Source of the DNA: Candidatus Magasanikbacteria bacterium GW2011_GWA2_37_8 | GTDB taxonomy: Bacteria > Patescibacteriota > Patescibacteriia > Magasanikbacterales > GWA2-37-8 | DNA: 64,000 nt | Direction: 5' to 3' | Assembly: GCA_000992085.1 (NCBI GenBank) | Contig: LBTN01000012.1 | Span: 1,498-65,497 of the forward strand | Part shown: one piece after another, positions 53,968 to 63,905 of the stretch | Position numbering within the stretch: position 1 is the stretch's first letter | Layout of the letters: each line of letters opens with the position of its first letter | The notes under the pieces: generated by a model | Database searches by the model: none | What the model saw: only the letters and a program-made list of their open reading frames with translations | What the model was told of the DNA's origin: nothing | Position numbers and translations under genes: made by a program

Positions 53968-55149
53968 ATGTCAATCAATACGGATCAAATAAAAATTCAG
54001 GAATTATTAACACGTGGGGTAGATGAAGTAATTGATCGTGTTAATTTAGAAAAGAAATTAAAAAGTGGCAAACAATTGCGTATTAAATTAGGAATTGATC
54101 CTACTAGCCCAAACATTCATATTGGTCGCTCTATTCCACTTTTAAAATTACGCGATTTTCAAGAACTAGGGCATCAAGTTGTTTTTATAATTGGTGATTT
54201 TACTGGTGTAATCGGCGATACCTCAGACAAAGATTCGGAACGTCCGATGTTAGAAAAGAAAATGGTACAGGAGAATATGAAAAATTACGTAAAGCAGGCT
54301 GGTAAAATTTTGGATATGAAAAAATGCGAAGTGCATTTTAATAGCGAGTGGCTAAAGAAACTTGGTTATAACGAAATTTGTGATCAGGCTGATCAGTTTT
54401 CTTTGGCAGAGTTTAGTGCACGGGAAAATATTCGTCGTCGGTTAGATGCTGGTACGCGAGTGTCTTTACGTGAACTTATGTATCCTTTAATGCAAGGTTA
54501 TGATTCTGTGGCTATCAAAGCCGATGTAGAATTAGGTGGTACAGACCAGCGGTTTAATTTATTGGCTGGCAGAACTCTGCAATCACATTATGGCCAAGAG
54601 CCACAAGATATTGTAATGGGACCACTACTCGAGGGTACAGACGGGCGCAAGATGAGCTCTTCCTGGGGTAATACAATAAATTTGATGGCCGAACCTAATG
54701 ATATGTTTGGCAAGGTTATGTCTATTGGCGATGAGTTAATTGTTAAATATTTTAATCTGGCCACGCGGGTGCCGATGGACGAAGTTAAGAAATATGAATC
54801 AGAATTAAAATCTGGTGCTAATCCGCGTGATTTAAAAGTACGTTTGGCTTTTGAAATTGTTAAAATGTATTATTCAGAAAAAGAAGCCCAAGAAGCAGAA
54901 GGCTATTTTATTGCTACTTTTAGCAATAAGCAGACACCAGATGAGGTGCCAGAAATTAAACCAAGCGTTTATGATATAATTACAGTTTTGGTAGAGGCGA
55001 AAATTTGTGCTAGCAAGGGTGATGCGCGTAGACAAATTGAGCAAGGTGGGGTAAAAGTAAACGAAACTAAAGTTGATGATTTTAATTTTGTAATTAAATC
55101 TGGAGATGTAGTGCAAAAAGGAAGCAGGTTTTTTGTAAAAGTTAAGTGA
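53968..55149 (+). CDS. tyrS: Tyrosine--tRNA ligase
   Basis: 393 aa. GIDPTSPNIHIGR (HIGH-like), KMSSS, C-terminal S4 domain (KGDARRQIEQGGVKVN). Confidence 0.9.
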   Translation: MSINTDQIKIQELLTRGVDEVIDRVNLEKKLKSGKQLRIKLGIDPTSPNIHIGRSIPLLKLRDFQELGHQVVFIIGDFTGVIGDTSDKDSERPMLEKKMVQENMKNYVKQAGKILDMKKCEVHFNSEWLKKLGYNEICDQADQFSLAEFSARENIRRRLDAGTRVSLRELMYPLMQGYDSVAIKADVELGGTDQRFNLLAGRTLQSHYGQEPQDIVMGPLLEGTDGRKMSSSWGNTINLMAEPNDMFGKVMSIGDELIVKYFNLATRVPMDEVKKYESELKSGANPRDLKVRLAFEIVKMYYSEKEAQEAEGYFIATFSNKQTPDEVPEIKPSVYDIITVLVEAKICASKGDARRQIEQGGVKVNETKVDDFNFVIKSGDVVQKGSRFFVKVK

Positions 55150-55181
55150 TAGGTAGTTTATAATTTGTAGTTAATAGTTTT

Positions 55182-56909
55182 ATGGATATTTTAAAAAAAC
55201 AAATTATTGAATTGTTAATATCTGTCGGAGTATCTGGTAATATTGATTTAACAAGCCCCCCAAAAGCAGAAATGGGGGATTTGGCGTTTGGTTGTTTTGG
55301 GATTGCTAAAGAATGGAGCGTGAGTCCAAACGAAGCCGCCGAAAAAATTGTATCTGAATTTTTAAATTTAAAATCTGAGGTTATTAAAGATGTTAAAGTG
55401 TTTGGTCCATATGTAAATTTTTATTTAAATACCAGTGTTGTAGCCAAGATAGTTTTGACAGAGGTAGCTAAAAAGAATTTTGGCGCTAATAACCTCGGTC
55501 ATGAAAAAAAAGTTTTGATTGAGTATCCATCGCAGAATACTCATAAAGAATTCCATATTGGCCATTTGCGTATTGTTGCTATTGGTAATACCTTAGTTAA
55601 CCTTTATAACAAAAGTGGTTTTAAGATGATCCCGATAAATTATGTAAACGATTTCGGTTCTCATGTAGTCAAATGTTTGTGGGGGGTGCTAAAAAGGAAT
55701 AAAGAACAAGGAATAATGAGTAAGTTGCCAGAAAATAAACAGAGGTGGTTGGGTGAAGTTTATGCCGAAGCCAGTAATTATATCAAAGAATATGAATTAG
55801 AAGTCAGGTCAGAATTAGATGATTTGCAGAAAAAATTAGAAGCAAAGGACAAATCAATAATAAAATTGTTTAAACAGACAAGGGGTTGGAGTATTGATGG
55901 TTTTGCTAGGTTGAGCCAAGAATTGGGAATAAAACATGACAAAATATTTTATGAAAGTGATGTAAAAGAAAAAGGGCAAAAAATTGTCGATCAGTTATTA
56001 CAAGCGGGTATCGCCGAAGTGGGCGAACGAGGTGCGATAATTATTAATTTAGAAAAATTTGGGTTGGATATTGCATTGCTTCGTAAATCTACTGGCGCTG
56101 GGGTATATTTAACTAGCGATTTGGCTTTGGCGGTTGAGAAATTTAAGAAATATAAAGTAGAAGAGAGTATAAATATTACTGGTTCAGAACAGGAATTTTA
56201 TTTTAAACAGCTGTTTAAAATTTTGGAGTTGAATGGTTTTAAAAATAAAATGACACATATCGGTTGTGGTTTAGTTAATTTACCGAGTGGTAAAATGTCT
56301 TCTCGGACCGGGTCGGTAATTTTGTATGAAGATTTGCGTGATGAAATTTATGCAAAAATGTACGAAGAAACCAAGAGCCGTCATGTAGATTGGAAGGAAA
56401 ATAAAATTAAGAAGATCGTGGGTGTTTTAACTATGGCAGTTTTGAAATTTACCATGCAGAAACATGAAGCAGCCAAATTAATAACTTTTGACATGAAAGA
56501 GGCTACCAGTTTTGAAGGTTTTTCTGCGCCGTATATTTTATATGTTGTTGCGCGTATTAATAGTTTGCTTCGAAAATCTAAAATTAATTTACAACCACGC
56601 TTTCTTGTTAGCGAACCTAAAATTAATTATAGTTTATTAACAAATGGGGCAGAAAAGAAATTGTTAATGTTGATGGGTGACTATAACGAAATAGTTATTA
56701 AGGCTCTAAAAAATTATAATCCTTCTGTAATCACAAAATATTGTTTTGATTTAGCGCAGGCATTTAATGATTATTATAACAAAGTTTCTATTCTTAATTT
56801 AGACGATAAGGAGGTAATTAAAGCTCGTCTAGTATTATGTAGAGCAGTTAAATTAGTATTAACTGATGCTTTGGGTCTATTAACCATCGCCACCGTTCAA
56901 GAAATGTAG
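55182..56909 (+). CDS. argS: Arginine--tRNA ligase
   Basis: 575 aa. SQNTHKEFHIGHLR, DALR anticodon-binding C-terminus ending ...QEM. Confidence 0.9.
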   Translation: MDILKKQIIELLISVGVSGNIDLTSPPKAEMGDLAFGCFGIAKEWSVSPNEAAEKIVSEFLNLKSEVIKDVKVFGPYVNFYLNTSVVAKIVLTEVAKKNFGANNLGHEKKVLIEYPSQNTHKEFHIGHLRIVAIGNTLVNLYNKSGFKMIPINYVNDFGSHVVKCLWGVLKRNKEQGIMSKLPENKQRWLGEVYAEASNYIKEYELEVRSELDDLQKKLEAKDKSIIKLFKQTRGWSIDGFARLSQELGIKHDKIFYESDVKEKGQKIVDQLLQAGIAEVGERGAIIINLEKFGLDIALLRKSTGAGVYLTSDLALAVEKFKKYKVEESINITGSEQEFYFKQLFKILELNGFKNKMTHIGCGLVNLPSGKMSSRTGSVILYEDLRDEIYAKMYEETKSRHVDWKENKIKKIVGVLTMAVLKFTMQKHEAAKLITFDMKEATSFEGFSAPYILYVVARINSLLRKSKINLQPRFLVSEPKINYSLLTNGAEKKLLMLMGDYNEIVIKALKNYNPSVITKYCFDLAQAFNDYYNKVSILNLDDKEVIKARLVLCRAVKLVLTDALGLLTIATVQEM

Positions 56910-56915
56910 TAATAT

Positions 56916-57317
56916 ATGGTAACTATGAATAAAAAAATAAGTGTAGTTGGTATTTTTTTTGTAACCGTAGTTATGATATCGGCGGGTTTAGTATTTTATC
57001 ATTGTTTTGTTTTAGAAGATTATTATGTACGTAACACAGTCGAGTGTGATCCTTTAACAGAAAGTTGTTTTGTAAATGCGTGCAATCCAGTTGATGATGC
57101 TGTTTGCCCCAAAGATGAGCAAGAGAGAATCAATTACTATAAGTTTATAGAAAAAAAAGCAAAGGAGATTTCTTCTTGTCAGACCGATGGGTCGAGTTGT
57201 TTAGATCTTGCTTGTAATCCAGGAGACAGTTGTCGTGTTATTTTGTGTGATTATACTAATATTACAACAGGTGATGAGTGTGCGTACCCAGAAGTATACA
57301 CCAAAAATTTAAAATAG
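56916..57317 (+). CDS. Membrane-anchored Cys-rich hypothetical protein
   Basis: 133 aa. One TM, then 13 Cys in the extracytoplasmic part. Confidence 0.4.
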   Translation: MVTMNKKISVVGIFFVTVVMISAGLVFYHCFVLEDYYVRNTVECDPLTESCFVNACNPVDDAVCPKDEQERINYYKFIEKKAKEISSCQTDGSSCLDLACNPGDSCRVILCDYTNITTGDECAYPEVYTKNLK

Positions 57318-57333
57318 AGTTTAATCTTTTATC

Positions 57334-58223
57334 ATGGGTTTAATTAGTTCTGTATCAGATTTTTTTAGAGTACATTGGTTGTTACTGTCTTTTTGTGCGC
57401 CAATGCTTTGGGCGATTGTTAATATTATTGATGTATACTTTGTTAAAGAAGTATATGATGACGAAATGGATGGAACTATAATGTCGGGTTTGTTTCAAAT
57501 TATTCCATGGTTCGCTTTAATATTTTTTTTACCGTGGGGTAATTTTAAGGTGTTGTGGACAAATTTCTATGGTTACAGCATAATCCCTAACTTTTTAATG
57601 GTCTACGGGCAATTTCTTTTTTTATTGGTGCTGAGCAATTACCGATGATTAAATATATTGGTATGGGCGTGGTTTTGTTGGGTGCTATATTATTATCTTT
57701 AAGTAATAAAATTAGAAATAAATTTTCTGTGCGCTATATGTCGATTATGTTAGCGGCGGTATTTTTACTTTCTTTAAGTATGATATTTGAGGGCGAAGCT
57801 TATACTAGAATTTTAGATTATAATTTTGGTGATCAGGGATTTTTGTTTATTTTTGCATTATTTTCTTTAGGAGCATTTTTGGCTGGTGTTTTTTTTACCA
57901 TTTTAGTTAAGCGTAATCCAATAATTTTAATAAAAAAATATTGGAAGGTATTCTTTGTAGCCGAAGGCATTTCTTTCGTTGGCACACTAGCATCACAAAG
58001 GTCAATTGACGTTGCCCCATCAGTATCATATGTGGCTACAGTAGAAACTTTTGTGCCCGTTTTTATTATATTTTTTAGTTTAATTATTTTGGTGTATCTT
58101 TCCAAAATTGCAAAAGTTGGGAATGGTGTTATTGAAGCTATTTATCGGGAGCAGCTTGATGGTGTTTGGATAAAAATTATCGCCACTGTAGTGATGGGGG
58201 TTGGCGTTTATCTTATCAGTTAA
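57334..58223 (+). pseudogene. Polytopic membrane transporter-like gene (EamA/DMT-like) split by a frameshift at a T7 run
   Basis: ORFs 57334-57648 and 57645-58223. The downstream frame is open back to 57591. Shifting frame inside ttttttt (57617-57623) gives the continuous ...MVYGQFLFFIGAEQLPMIKYIGMGVVLLGAILLS. Confidence 0.5.
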
Positions 58224-58224
58224 T

Positions 58225-59532
58225 ATGAAAATTTTATTTATTTCTGGCGAACTTATCGCGGCAGATTTAGCCTATCGTTTACAAGCGGAGGGTTGCGAAG
58301 TAAAAATGTATATAGAAGACGAGCAGAGAAAGGATTGTTTTGAAAATATAGTAGAGAAGACTACAAATTGGCAAAAAGAGTTAACCTGGGTTGGCAAGGA
58401 TGGTTTGATCGTATTTGATGATATTGGTTTTGGTAAAGAACAAGATAACTTAAGAAAAAAAGGTTATCTAGTTGTAGGCGGAAGCGCGGGCGGTGATGAT
58501 TTGGAAAAAGATCGAGTTTTTGGACAAAAAGTATGTTCCGAATGTGGTTTAAGTGGCGTGATTAAAACTTTTAATTTTAATACAATTAGTTCGGCGATAG
58601 AGTATGTTAGACAGCACCCTAATTTTTGGGTAATAAAACAAAATAGTCACTTTAGTGTTTTTAATTATATTGGTGAAAAGGCTGATGGTAGTGATGTGAT
58701 TAAGGTTTTAGAAAATTATCAAGCGCAAGGTTTGGATAAGTTTTTAGCCATTAGTTTGCAAGAAAAAGTTGCAGGTATAGAAATAAGTGTAGCTAGATAT
58801 TTTAATGGTTTAGACTGGTTAGGTCCGATAGAATATAGTATTGAGCATAAAAGGCTTTTAAATAATGATTTGGGCCCATTTACTCCTGAGATGGGCACGG
58901 TAATGTGGTATAATGAAGATGAAGGAAAAAAACTCTATCAAGAGACTTTGGCAAAAATTAAGCCTTTTTTACAGAGGGTGAATTTTAAAGGAGATGTTGC
59001 AGTGAATTGTTTGGTAGATAAAGATAATTTTTTTATTTTGGAGTTAACCACCAGATTTGGTAGCCCAGAAGTACATTTGCAGATGGAAATTCATAATACT
59101 CCTTGGAAAGATTTTTTGTTGGCTGTAGCTAAAGGAGAAAAAATTGATTTGGATTATAAAAAAGGTTATGGTTTAGTGGTTAGTTTAGTAACTCCCCCTT
59201 TTCCTTATTTTGCTGAGAGCGACCCTATAAATAATAAATCTTGTAAAGGTGCTAAGATTATATTTAAAGAAAAATTGACTGAAGAAGAATGGAGCAGAGT
59301 TCATTTTGAAGAAGTATCAAAAAATAAAAAAGTCGGTTCATTTTTTGTCGCTGGTGGTTATGGCAGTATTATGCATGTTACTGGTTTTGGTAAATCTGTA
59401 GTAGAGGCTAGAACGCAGGTTTATGATTTGATAGACAAAATAGAAATTCCTCAAATGATGTATCGTACTGATATTGGTGAAAATTTTTTAAATAATGACG
59501 AGCGTCTTTTGCAAGATTGGGGATGGGTATAA
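58225..59532 (+). CDS. ATP-grasp protein resembling phosphoribosylamine--glycine ligase (PurD-like)
   Basis: ORF track starts at 58201. The ATG at 58225 gives MKILFISGELIA. PurD-like A/B/C domain spacing but no GGREHA motif. Confidence 0.55.
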   Translation: MKILFISGELIAADLAYRLQAEGCEVKMYIEDEQRKDCFENIVEKTTNWQKELTWVGKDGLIVFDDIGFGKEQDNLRKKGYLVVGGSAGGDDLEKDRVFGQKVCSECGLSGVIKTFNFNTISSAIEYVRQHPNFWVIKQNSHFSVFNYIGEKADGSDVIKVLENYQAQGLDKFLAISLQEKVAGIEISVARYFNGLDWLGPIEYSIEHKRLLNNDLGPFTPEMGTVMWYNEDEGKKLYQETLAKIKPFLQRVNFKGDVAVNCLVDKDNFFILELTTRFGSPEVHLQMEIHNTPWKDFLLAVAKGEKIDLDYKKGYGLVVSLVTPPFPYFAESDPINNKSCKGAKIIFKEKLTEEEWSRVHFEEVSKNKKVGSFFVAGGYGSIMHVTGFGKSVVEARTQVYDLIDKIEIPQMMYRTDIGENFLNNDERLLQDWGWV

Positions 59533-59553
59533 TAATATTTATGTATTGAATTT

Positions 59554-61236
59554 ATGTTTTTTAACTGTTTAGATTCGTTTCCTACATTTTTAGGTCTTTT
59601 TGATCCTAGTATCGCACCAATTTTGCTTTATTATTCTTATATTCCGATTATTTTGGTATCTTTATTTTTTGGTTTTTATGTATATTTTAAAAGCAAGCAA
59701 TCACTTTTAGCGAAATATTTATTTGCTATTGCAATAAGTTTTTCGTTATTTATTTTGAATGAAATAATACAGTGGATTGCGGTGCCGATTGCCCTAGTTA
59801 ATTTTGGTTGGGCAATGGCTCCATTGTTTCAAGCGTTAGTATGGATTTTTACTATTTATTTTTTCTATTATTTTTTAGAAAAAAAGTCAATGCCATGGCG
59901 TGGGCAGATACTATTATTGATTGCATTTTTGCCGATTATAATATTTTTACCATCGCGGTTTAATATCGTATATTTTGATATTCAAAATTGTGAAGCTGGC
60001 CAAATAGGGCCGCTATGGTATTATTTGTATGCTTTGCAAATAATATCCACAATTTGGTTACTTGTTTGGGGTATAGTTAAATATCGGCACACTGCTGTTC
60101 GCAAAGTAAAAGATCAAATTATTTTGTTGGCAGTTGGAGTATCGTTTTTTTTGTTTACGTTTTCCCTGTCTAATATTTTAGGTGAGATTTTTCAGACTTA
60201 CGAAATAAATTTGGTGGGGCCAATTGGGATGGTATTGTTTATTGGTTTATTGGCCTACCTGATTATTGAATATAAAATTTTTAACATAAAACTTTTTGCT
60301 GCCCAAGCTTTATTGGTAGGAATGGTGGTGTTGGTTGGTTCGCAGTTCTTTTTTATTAAAACTGTTGCTAATCAGATTTTAACAGCTATTACTTTGGTAT
60401 TAGTGACTGTTTTCGGCTGGCGGTTAGCACGATCGGTAAAAAAGGAAATTGCCAGTAAGGAGCGTTTTGAAAGATTAACGGTTGAATTAAAGACTGCTAA
60501 TCTGCAATTAAAAGAAGTTGATCAACAAAAAACTGAATTTTTATCTATTGCTTCGCATCAGTTACGCACACCACTTTCTATCCTTAAAGGTTATATTGAA
60601 TTGATTCAAGACGGTGCTTATGGTAAGACAACCAAAGCCATGTATGAGACTTTAGGGCAAATGGATGAAAGTAATGAACGCTTAATTAAATTAGTTGATG
60701 AATTTTTAGATATTACTCGTATTGAACAAGGGCGCACAAAATTTGTTTTTGCGTCACATAATTTGAATGATTTGTTAACAAGTGTAGTAAAGGAATTAAC
60801 TGATCGGGCTGGTGATAAAAGTATTTCAATATCACTTAAAATTTTAGAAGGTAAAAATTCTGAATTAATAATGGATGACGAGAAGATTAGGCACGTGGTG
60901 TTTAATTTTATCGATAATGCAATTAAATATAGTGAAACTGGTGTAATTAAGGTGGCGGCGAGACTAGATGGTAACGGGGTGGAGGTTACAGTAAAAGATA
61001 GTGGCTTAGGTTTTGACAAAGAAGACGAAGCTAATTTCTTTCAAAAATTTTATCGCGGTAAAAATGTTAAAGGTACCAATGTTACTGGTACCGGTTTAGG
61101 ATTGTATGTATGCCGTAAATTTATAGAAACTCACGGTGGCAAGGTTTGGGCACATAGTTTTGGTCTTGGCAAAGGCAGTGAATTCGGTTTTTGGATACCT
61201 GTTCAACAACTTGTTGATGATAAGGGGAAAGCCTAG
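59554..61236 (+). CDS. Sensor histidine kinase with multi-TM N-terminal domain
   Basis: 560 aa. About 8 TM helices, H box FLSIASHQLRTPLS, N box FIDNAIKYS, G1 DSGLGF, G2 GTGLGLY. Confidence 0.85.
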   Translation: MFFNCLDSFPTFLGLFDPSIAPILLYYSYIPIILVSLFFGFYVYFKSKQSLLAKYLFAIAISFSLFILNEIIQWIAVPIALVNFGWAMAPLFQALVWIFTIYFFYYFLEKKSMPWRGQILLLIAFLPIIIFLPSRFNIVYFDIQNCEAGQIGPLWYYLYALQIISTIWLLVWGIVKYRHTAVRKVKDQIILLAVGVSFFLFTFSLSNILGEIFQTYEINLVGPIGMVLFIGLLAYLIIEYKIFNIKLFAAQALLVGMVVLVGSQFFFIKTVANQILTAITLVLVTVFGWRLARSVKKEIASKERFERLTVELKTANLQLKEVDQQKTEFLSIASHQLRTPLSILKGYIELIQDGAYGKTTKAMYETLGQMDESNERLIKLVDEFLDITRIEQGRTKFVFASHNLNDLLTSVVKELTDRAGDKSISISLKILEGKNSELIMDDEKIRHVVFNFIDNAIKYSETGVIKVAARLDGNGVEVTVKDSGLGFDKEDEANFFQKFYRGKNVKGTNVTGTGLGLYVCRKFIETHGGKVWAHSFGLGKGSEFGFWIPVQQLVDDKGKA

Positions 61237-61299
61237 CCCTTTTCAGATTATTAAAAATGTTGTAAAATAGTGGTGTAGTTATTATTAATTTTTTAATTT

Positions 61300-61767
61300 A
61301 TGATTTTTCAAAAACCAACAGCCAAAATCGCTTTAGAAAATAACGAAGAGTTGGCAGATAATTATGCTCCAGTAAACGATGAAGTAGAAACCGTAGTAGG
61401 GCCATCAGTAAATGTAGAAGGTGATTTTGCGTCGGAAGGCAATATTATTGTTAAAGGATCGGTAGCTGGTAGTGTCCATACTAGTAAATTTTTATCAGTA
61501 GAAGTTGGTGCTAAAATTTTGGCTAATGTACGTGCGGGGAGCGCCAAGGTGGCTGGTGAAGTAAAAGGTAACATGAAAATAAAAGAAGTTTTAGAGTTAG
61601 ATAGTACAGCACGAGTTATGGGTGATATTGAAGCCAAAACATTAATTATTGAAGCTGGGGCATTATTATTTGGTAAAGTAAGTATGCCTGGTTTAGAAGC
61701 GGGAGAAAAAGTAACTAGGTCCAGAGGATTTGGAAAAAAAACAGAGGAGGTTGAACCATCTGTCTGA
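61300..61767 (+). CDS. Bactofilin (polymer-forming cytoskeletal protein)
   Basis: 155 aa. Repetitive beta-helix pattern VEGDFASEGNIIVKGSVAGSV...AKVAGEVKGNM...VMGDIEAKTLIIEAGALLFGKV. Confidence 0.8.
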   Translation: MIFQKPTAKIALENNEELADNYAPVNDEVETVVGPSVNVEGDFASEGNIIVKGSVAGSVHTSKFLSVEVGAKILANVRAGSAKVAGEVKGNMKIKEVLELDSTARVMGDIEAKTLIIEAGALLFGKVSMPGLEAGEKVTRSRGFGKKTEEVEPSV

Positions 61768-61802
61768 TTTAATTTTAGGCATTAATTACTAGTTATTCGG
61801 GT

Positions 61803-62567
61803 ATGTATGTTTATTTATATGACAATTTTCTCCGTCAGAAAAAGTTTGAATCAATAGTTAAAGCCCTAGAAGTAAGGTTGACCGATTATGGCATTGCTGG
61901 AAAGATTTTACGGTTAGCAAATTATACCGATGCAAAACAAGTAATAGACGAAGAGTTAAAACGTGGCGCAAAAACCATTGTTATTGTAGGAAATGACCAT
62001 ACTTTTGGTCATGTTTTATCTCGAGCTGCCACTTGTGACTGCACATTTGGTTTTTTGCCAGTTGGGCCAGAGAATACAATTGCCGGGGTATTAGGAATAC
62101 CAGTAGGGGTGGATGCTTGTGATATTTTATCACGTCGACTTAAAGAGAGGCTAGATATAGGTTGGATGAATAATCGTTATTTTGTTTCGCAATTGCATGT
62201 TTTGCCAGCTAAAGTAAAAGTAATTTATGATGAAAGATTTGCAGTTAGTGCCAATGACAAAATGGAAGTGGTAGTTTGTAATTTACAACCATTTTTTTGG
62301 AAGAAAAATCAGAAAGATAGAGAAGATAATGTAGTTCATCCTCAAGATGGTAAACTTGAAGCATTTTTACGGCCATTGACAAAAAAGGGGTGGTGGGGGT
62401 ATAAATATGAGGAGCCAAGCATCTTTCCTTTTGAGGAAATGGAAATTGTTGGTGCTGAACCTTTTACAGTCGAGGCAGACGGGAAAGTTTCAAAGGAGTT
62501 AAAAGTAAAAATTAAATTGGCGCACGGTAAAATTGATATGGTGATAGGCAGGAATAGAAAGTTTTAA
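61803..62567 (+). CDS. Diacylglycerol/lipid kinase catalytic-domain-like protein, degenerate GGDGT motif
   Basis: 254 aa. TIVIVGNDHTFGHVL in place of GGDGT, then LPVGPENT. Confidence 0.45.
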   Translation: MYVYLYDNFLRQKKFESIVKALEVRLTDYGIAGKILRLANYTDAKQVIDEELKRGAKTIVIVGNDHTFGHVLSRAATCDCTFGFLPVGPENTIAGVLGIPVGVDACDILSRRLKERLDIGWMNNRYFVSQLHVLPAKVKVIYDERFAVSANDKMEVVVCNLQPFFWKKNQKDREDNVVHPQDGKLEAFLRPLTKKGWWGYKYEEPSIFPFEEMEIVGAEPFTVEADGKVSKELKVKIKLAHGKIDMVIGRNRKF

Positions 62568-62575
62568 ATTCTTAG

Positions 62576-62656
62576 GCCCAGGTGGCGAAATGGTAGACGC
62601 ACTACCTTGAGGTGGTAGCGCCGCAAGGCATGGAGGTTCAAATCCTCTCCTGGGCA
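62576..62656 (+). tRNA. tRNA-Leu (GAG), long variable arm, CCA not encoded
   Basis: GCCCAGG-TG-GCGAAATGGTAGACGC-A-CTACC-TTGAGGT-GGTAG-CGCCGCAAGGCAT-GGAGG-TTCAAAT-CCTCT-CCTGGGC-A. Confidence 0.9.
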
Positions 62657-62675
62657 CTGTAATTAAAAAGATTTT

Positions 62676-62921
62676 ATGGGTTATATTGTCGGAGCAGCTT
62701 TTCTATTATTAGGTGTGGTGCTAGTTATTAAAACAGAATGGTTTTTAGAGAATTTTGGTACGATTGCTTGGGCAGAAGAAAACTTAGGAACTTCTGGCGG
62801 TAGTCGGTTGTTGTATAAGTTAATTGGTTTAGTATTGATTTTTGTTGGTTTTTTGTTGGTGACTAATTTAATGCAGGGGTTTTTAATGGCCACCATTGGC
62901 AAATTGTTTATTCGTTCGTAA
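62676..62921 (+). CDS. Small two-TM membrane protein
   Basis: 81 aa hydrophobic ORF. Confidence 0.35.
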   Translation: MGYIVGAAFLLLGVVLVIKTEWFLENFGTIAWAEENLGTSGGSRLLYKLIGLVLIFVGFLLVTNLMQGFLMATIGKLFIRS

Positions 62922-62928
62922 AAATTAT

Positions 62929-63477
62929 ATGGAGCATGCTGGCGTTGCTTTAGTTGACCCTTATAAAATTTTTGAAAAAATTGGTTTATCTACTGGTATG
63001 CGAGTGGCAGATTTGGGTTGTGGTCGTACCGGACATTTTGTGTTTCCAGCAGCGCGGATAATAAATGATGGTGGAGTGGTTTATGCAGTAGATATTTTAA
63101 AAGAAGTTTTAGAAAATATTAAAAGTCGTAGTCGAACTGAAGGTTATGATAATGTGCAAATTATTTGGTCGAATATTGAATTAGTTGGAAAAACTCCAGT
63201 TCCGCCGCAAAGTTTAGATGTTTGTTTTTTTGTAAATGTGATGTTTCAAGTAAAAGAGAAGTTGGCTGCCTTGCAGGAGGCAACACGATTGCTTAAAACT
63301 GGTGGTAAAGTGGTAGTGGTAGATTGGCAGAAAAAAGTTGGTACCCTAGGTCCAGACGTAGAAGCGTTAATAGATCATACAAAATTAACTAGTTTAGGAG
63401 AAAGTTGTGGCTTACAATTAGCCGAAGATTTTTCGGCAGGTGATTATCATTTTTGTTTAATTTTTAATAAATTATAG
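62929..63477 (+). CDS. Class I SAM-dependent methyltransferase
   Basis: ORF track starts at TTG 62896. The ATG at 62929 (MEHAGVAL) avoids overlap with the upstream gene. SAM motif I VADLGCGRTGHF. Confidence 0.75.
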   Translation: MEHAGVALVDPYKIFEKIGLSTGMRVADLGCGRTGHFVFPAARIINDGGVVYAVDILKEVLENIKSRSRTEGYDNVQIIWSNIELVGKTPVPPQSLDVCFFVNVMFQVKEKLAALQEATRLLKTGGKVVVVDWQKKVGTLGPDVEALIDHTKLTSLGESCGLQLAEDFSAGDYHFCLIFNKL

Positions 63478-63485
63478 ATTATCTT

Positions 63486-63893
63486 ATGAGTTTTGCTAAT
63501 ATTTTGACGTGGTCTTACTGGTTTTATCAACCATATATTGCTCGAGGTGGGGTGATGTGGATTTGGGTAGGAGGTTTTTTAGCCTTAGTATTGGCTGGTT
63601 TATTAATTAAAATTTTTCGTAATTATCAACAAGAAACTATTATTAAAGAAGCTTATCGTCGTGGTAGCAACTTATTGTTGTCTATGGGTTTAGCTGGTTT
63701 GTTGTGGATGTTTTTTAGGCAAGAAAGGGTATCTTTTTTAGCTTGGCGTTTTTGGCTATTACTATGGCTAGTAATTTTTATTTGGTGGGGAGTAAAAGTA
63801 ATAATTTATTTTATAAAACGTTTGCCAAAAATTAAAGAAGAAAAGATTAAAATACAAGAAGTTAAAAAATATTTGCCAGGTAAGAAAAGATAG
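63486..63893 (+). CDS. Membrane protein, unknown function
   Basis: 135 aa, three or four TM helices, Lys-rich tail. Confidence 0.35.
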   Translation: MSFANILTWSYWFYQPYIARGGVMWIWVGGFLALVLAGLLIKIFRNYQQETIIKEAYRRGSNLLLSMGLAGLLWMFFRQERVSFLAWRFWLLLWLVIFIWWGVKVIIYFIKRLPKIKEEKIKIQEVKKYLPGKKR

Positions 63894-63905
63894 AGCGGGT
63901 AAATT

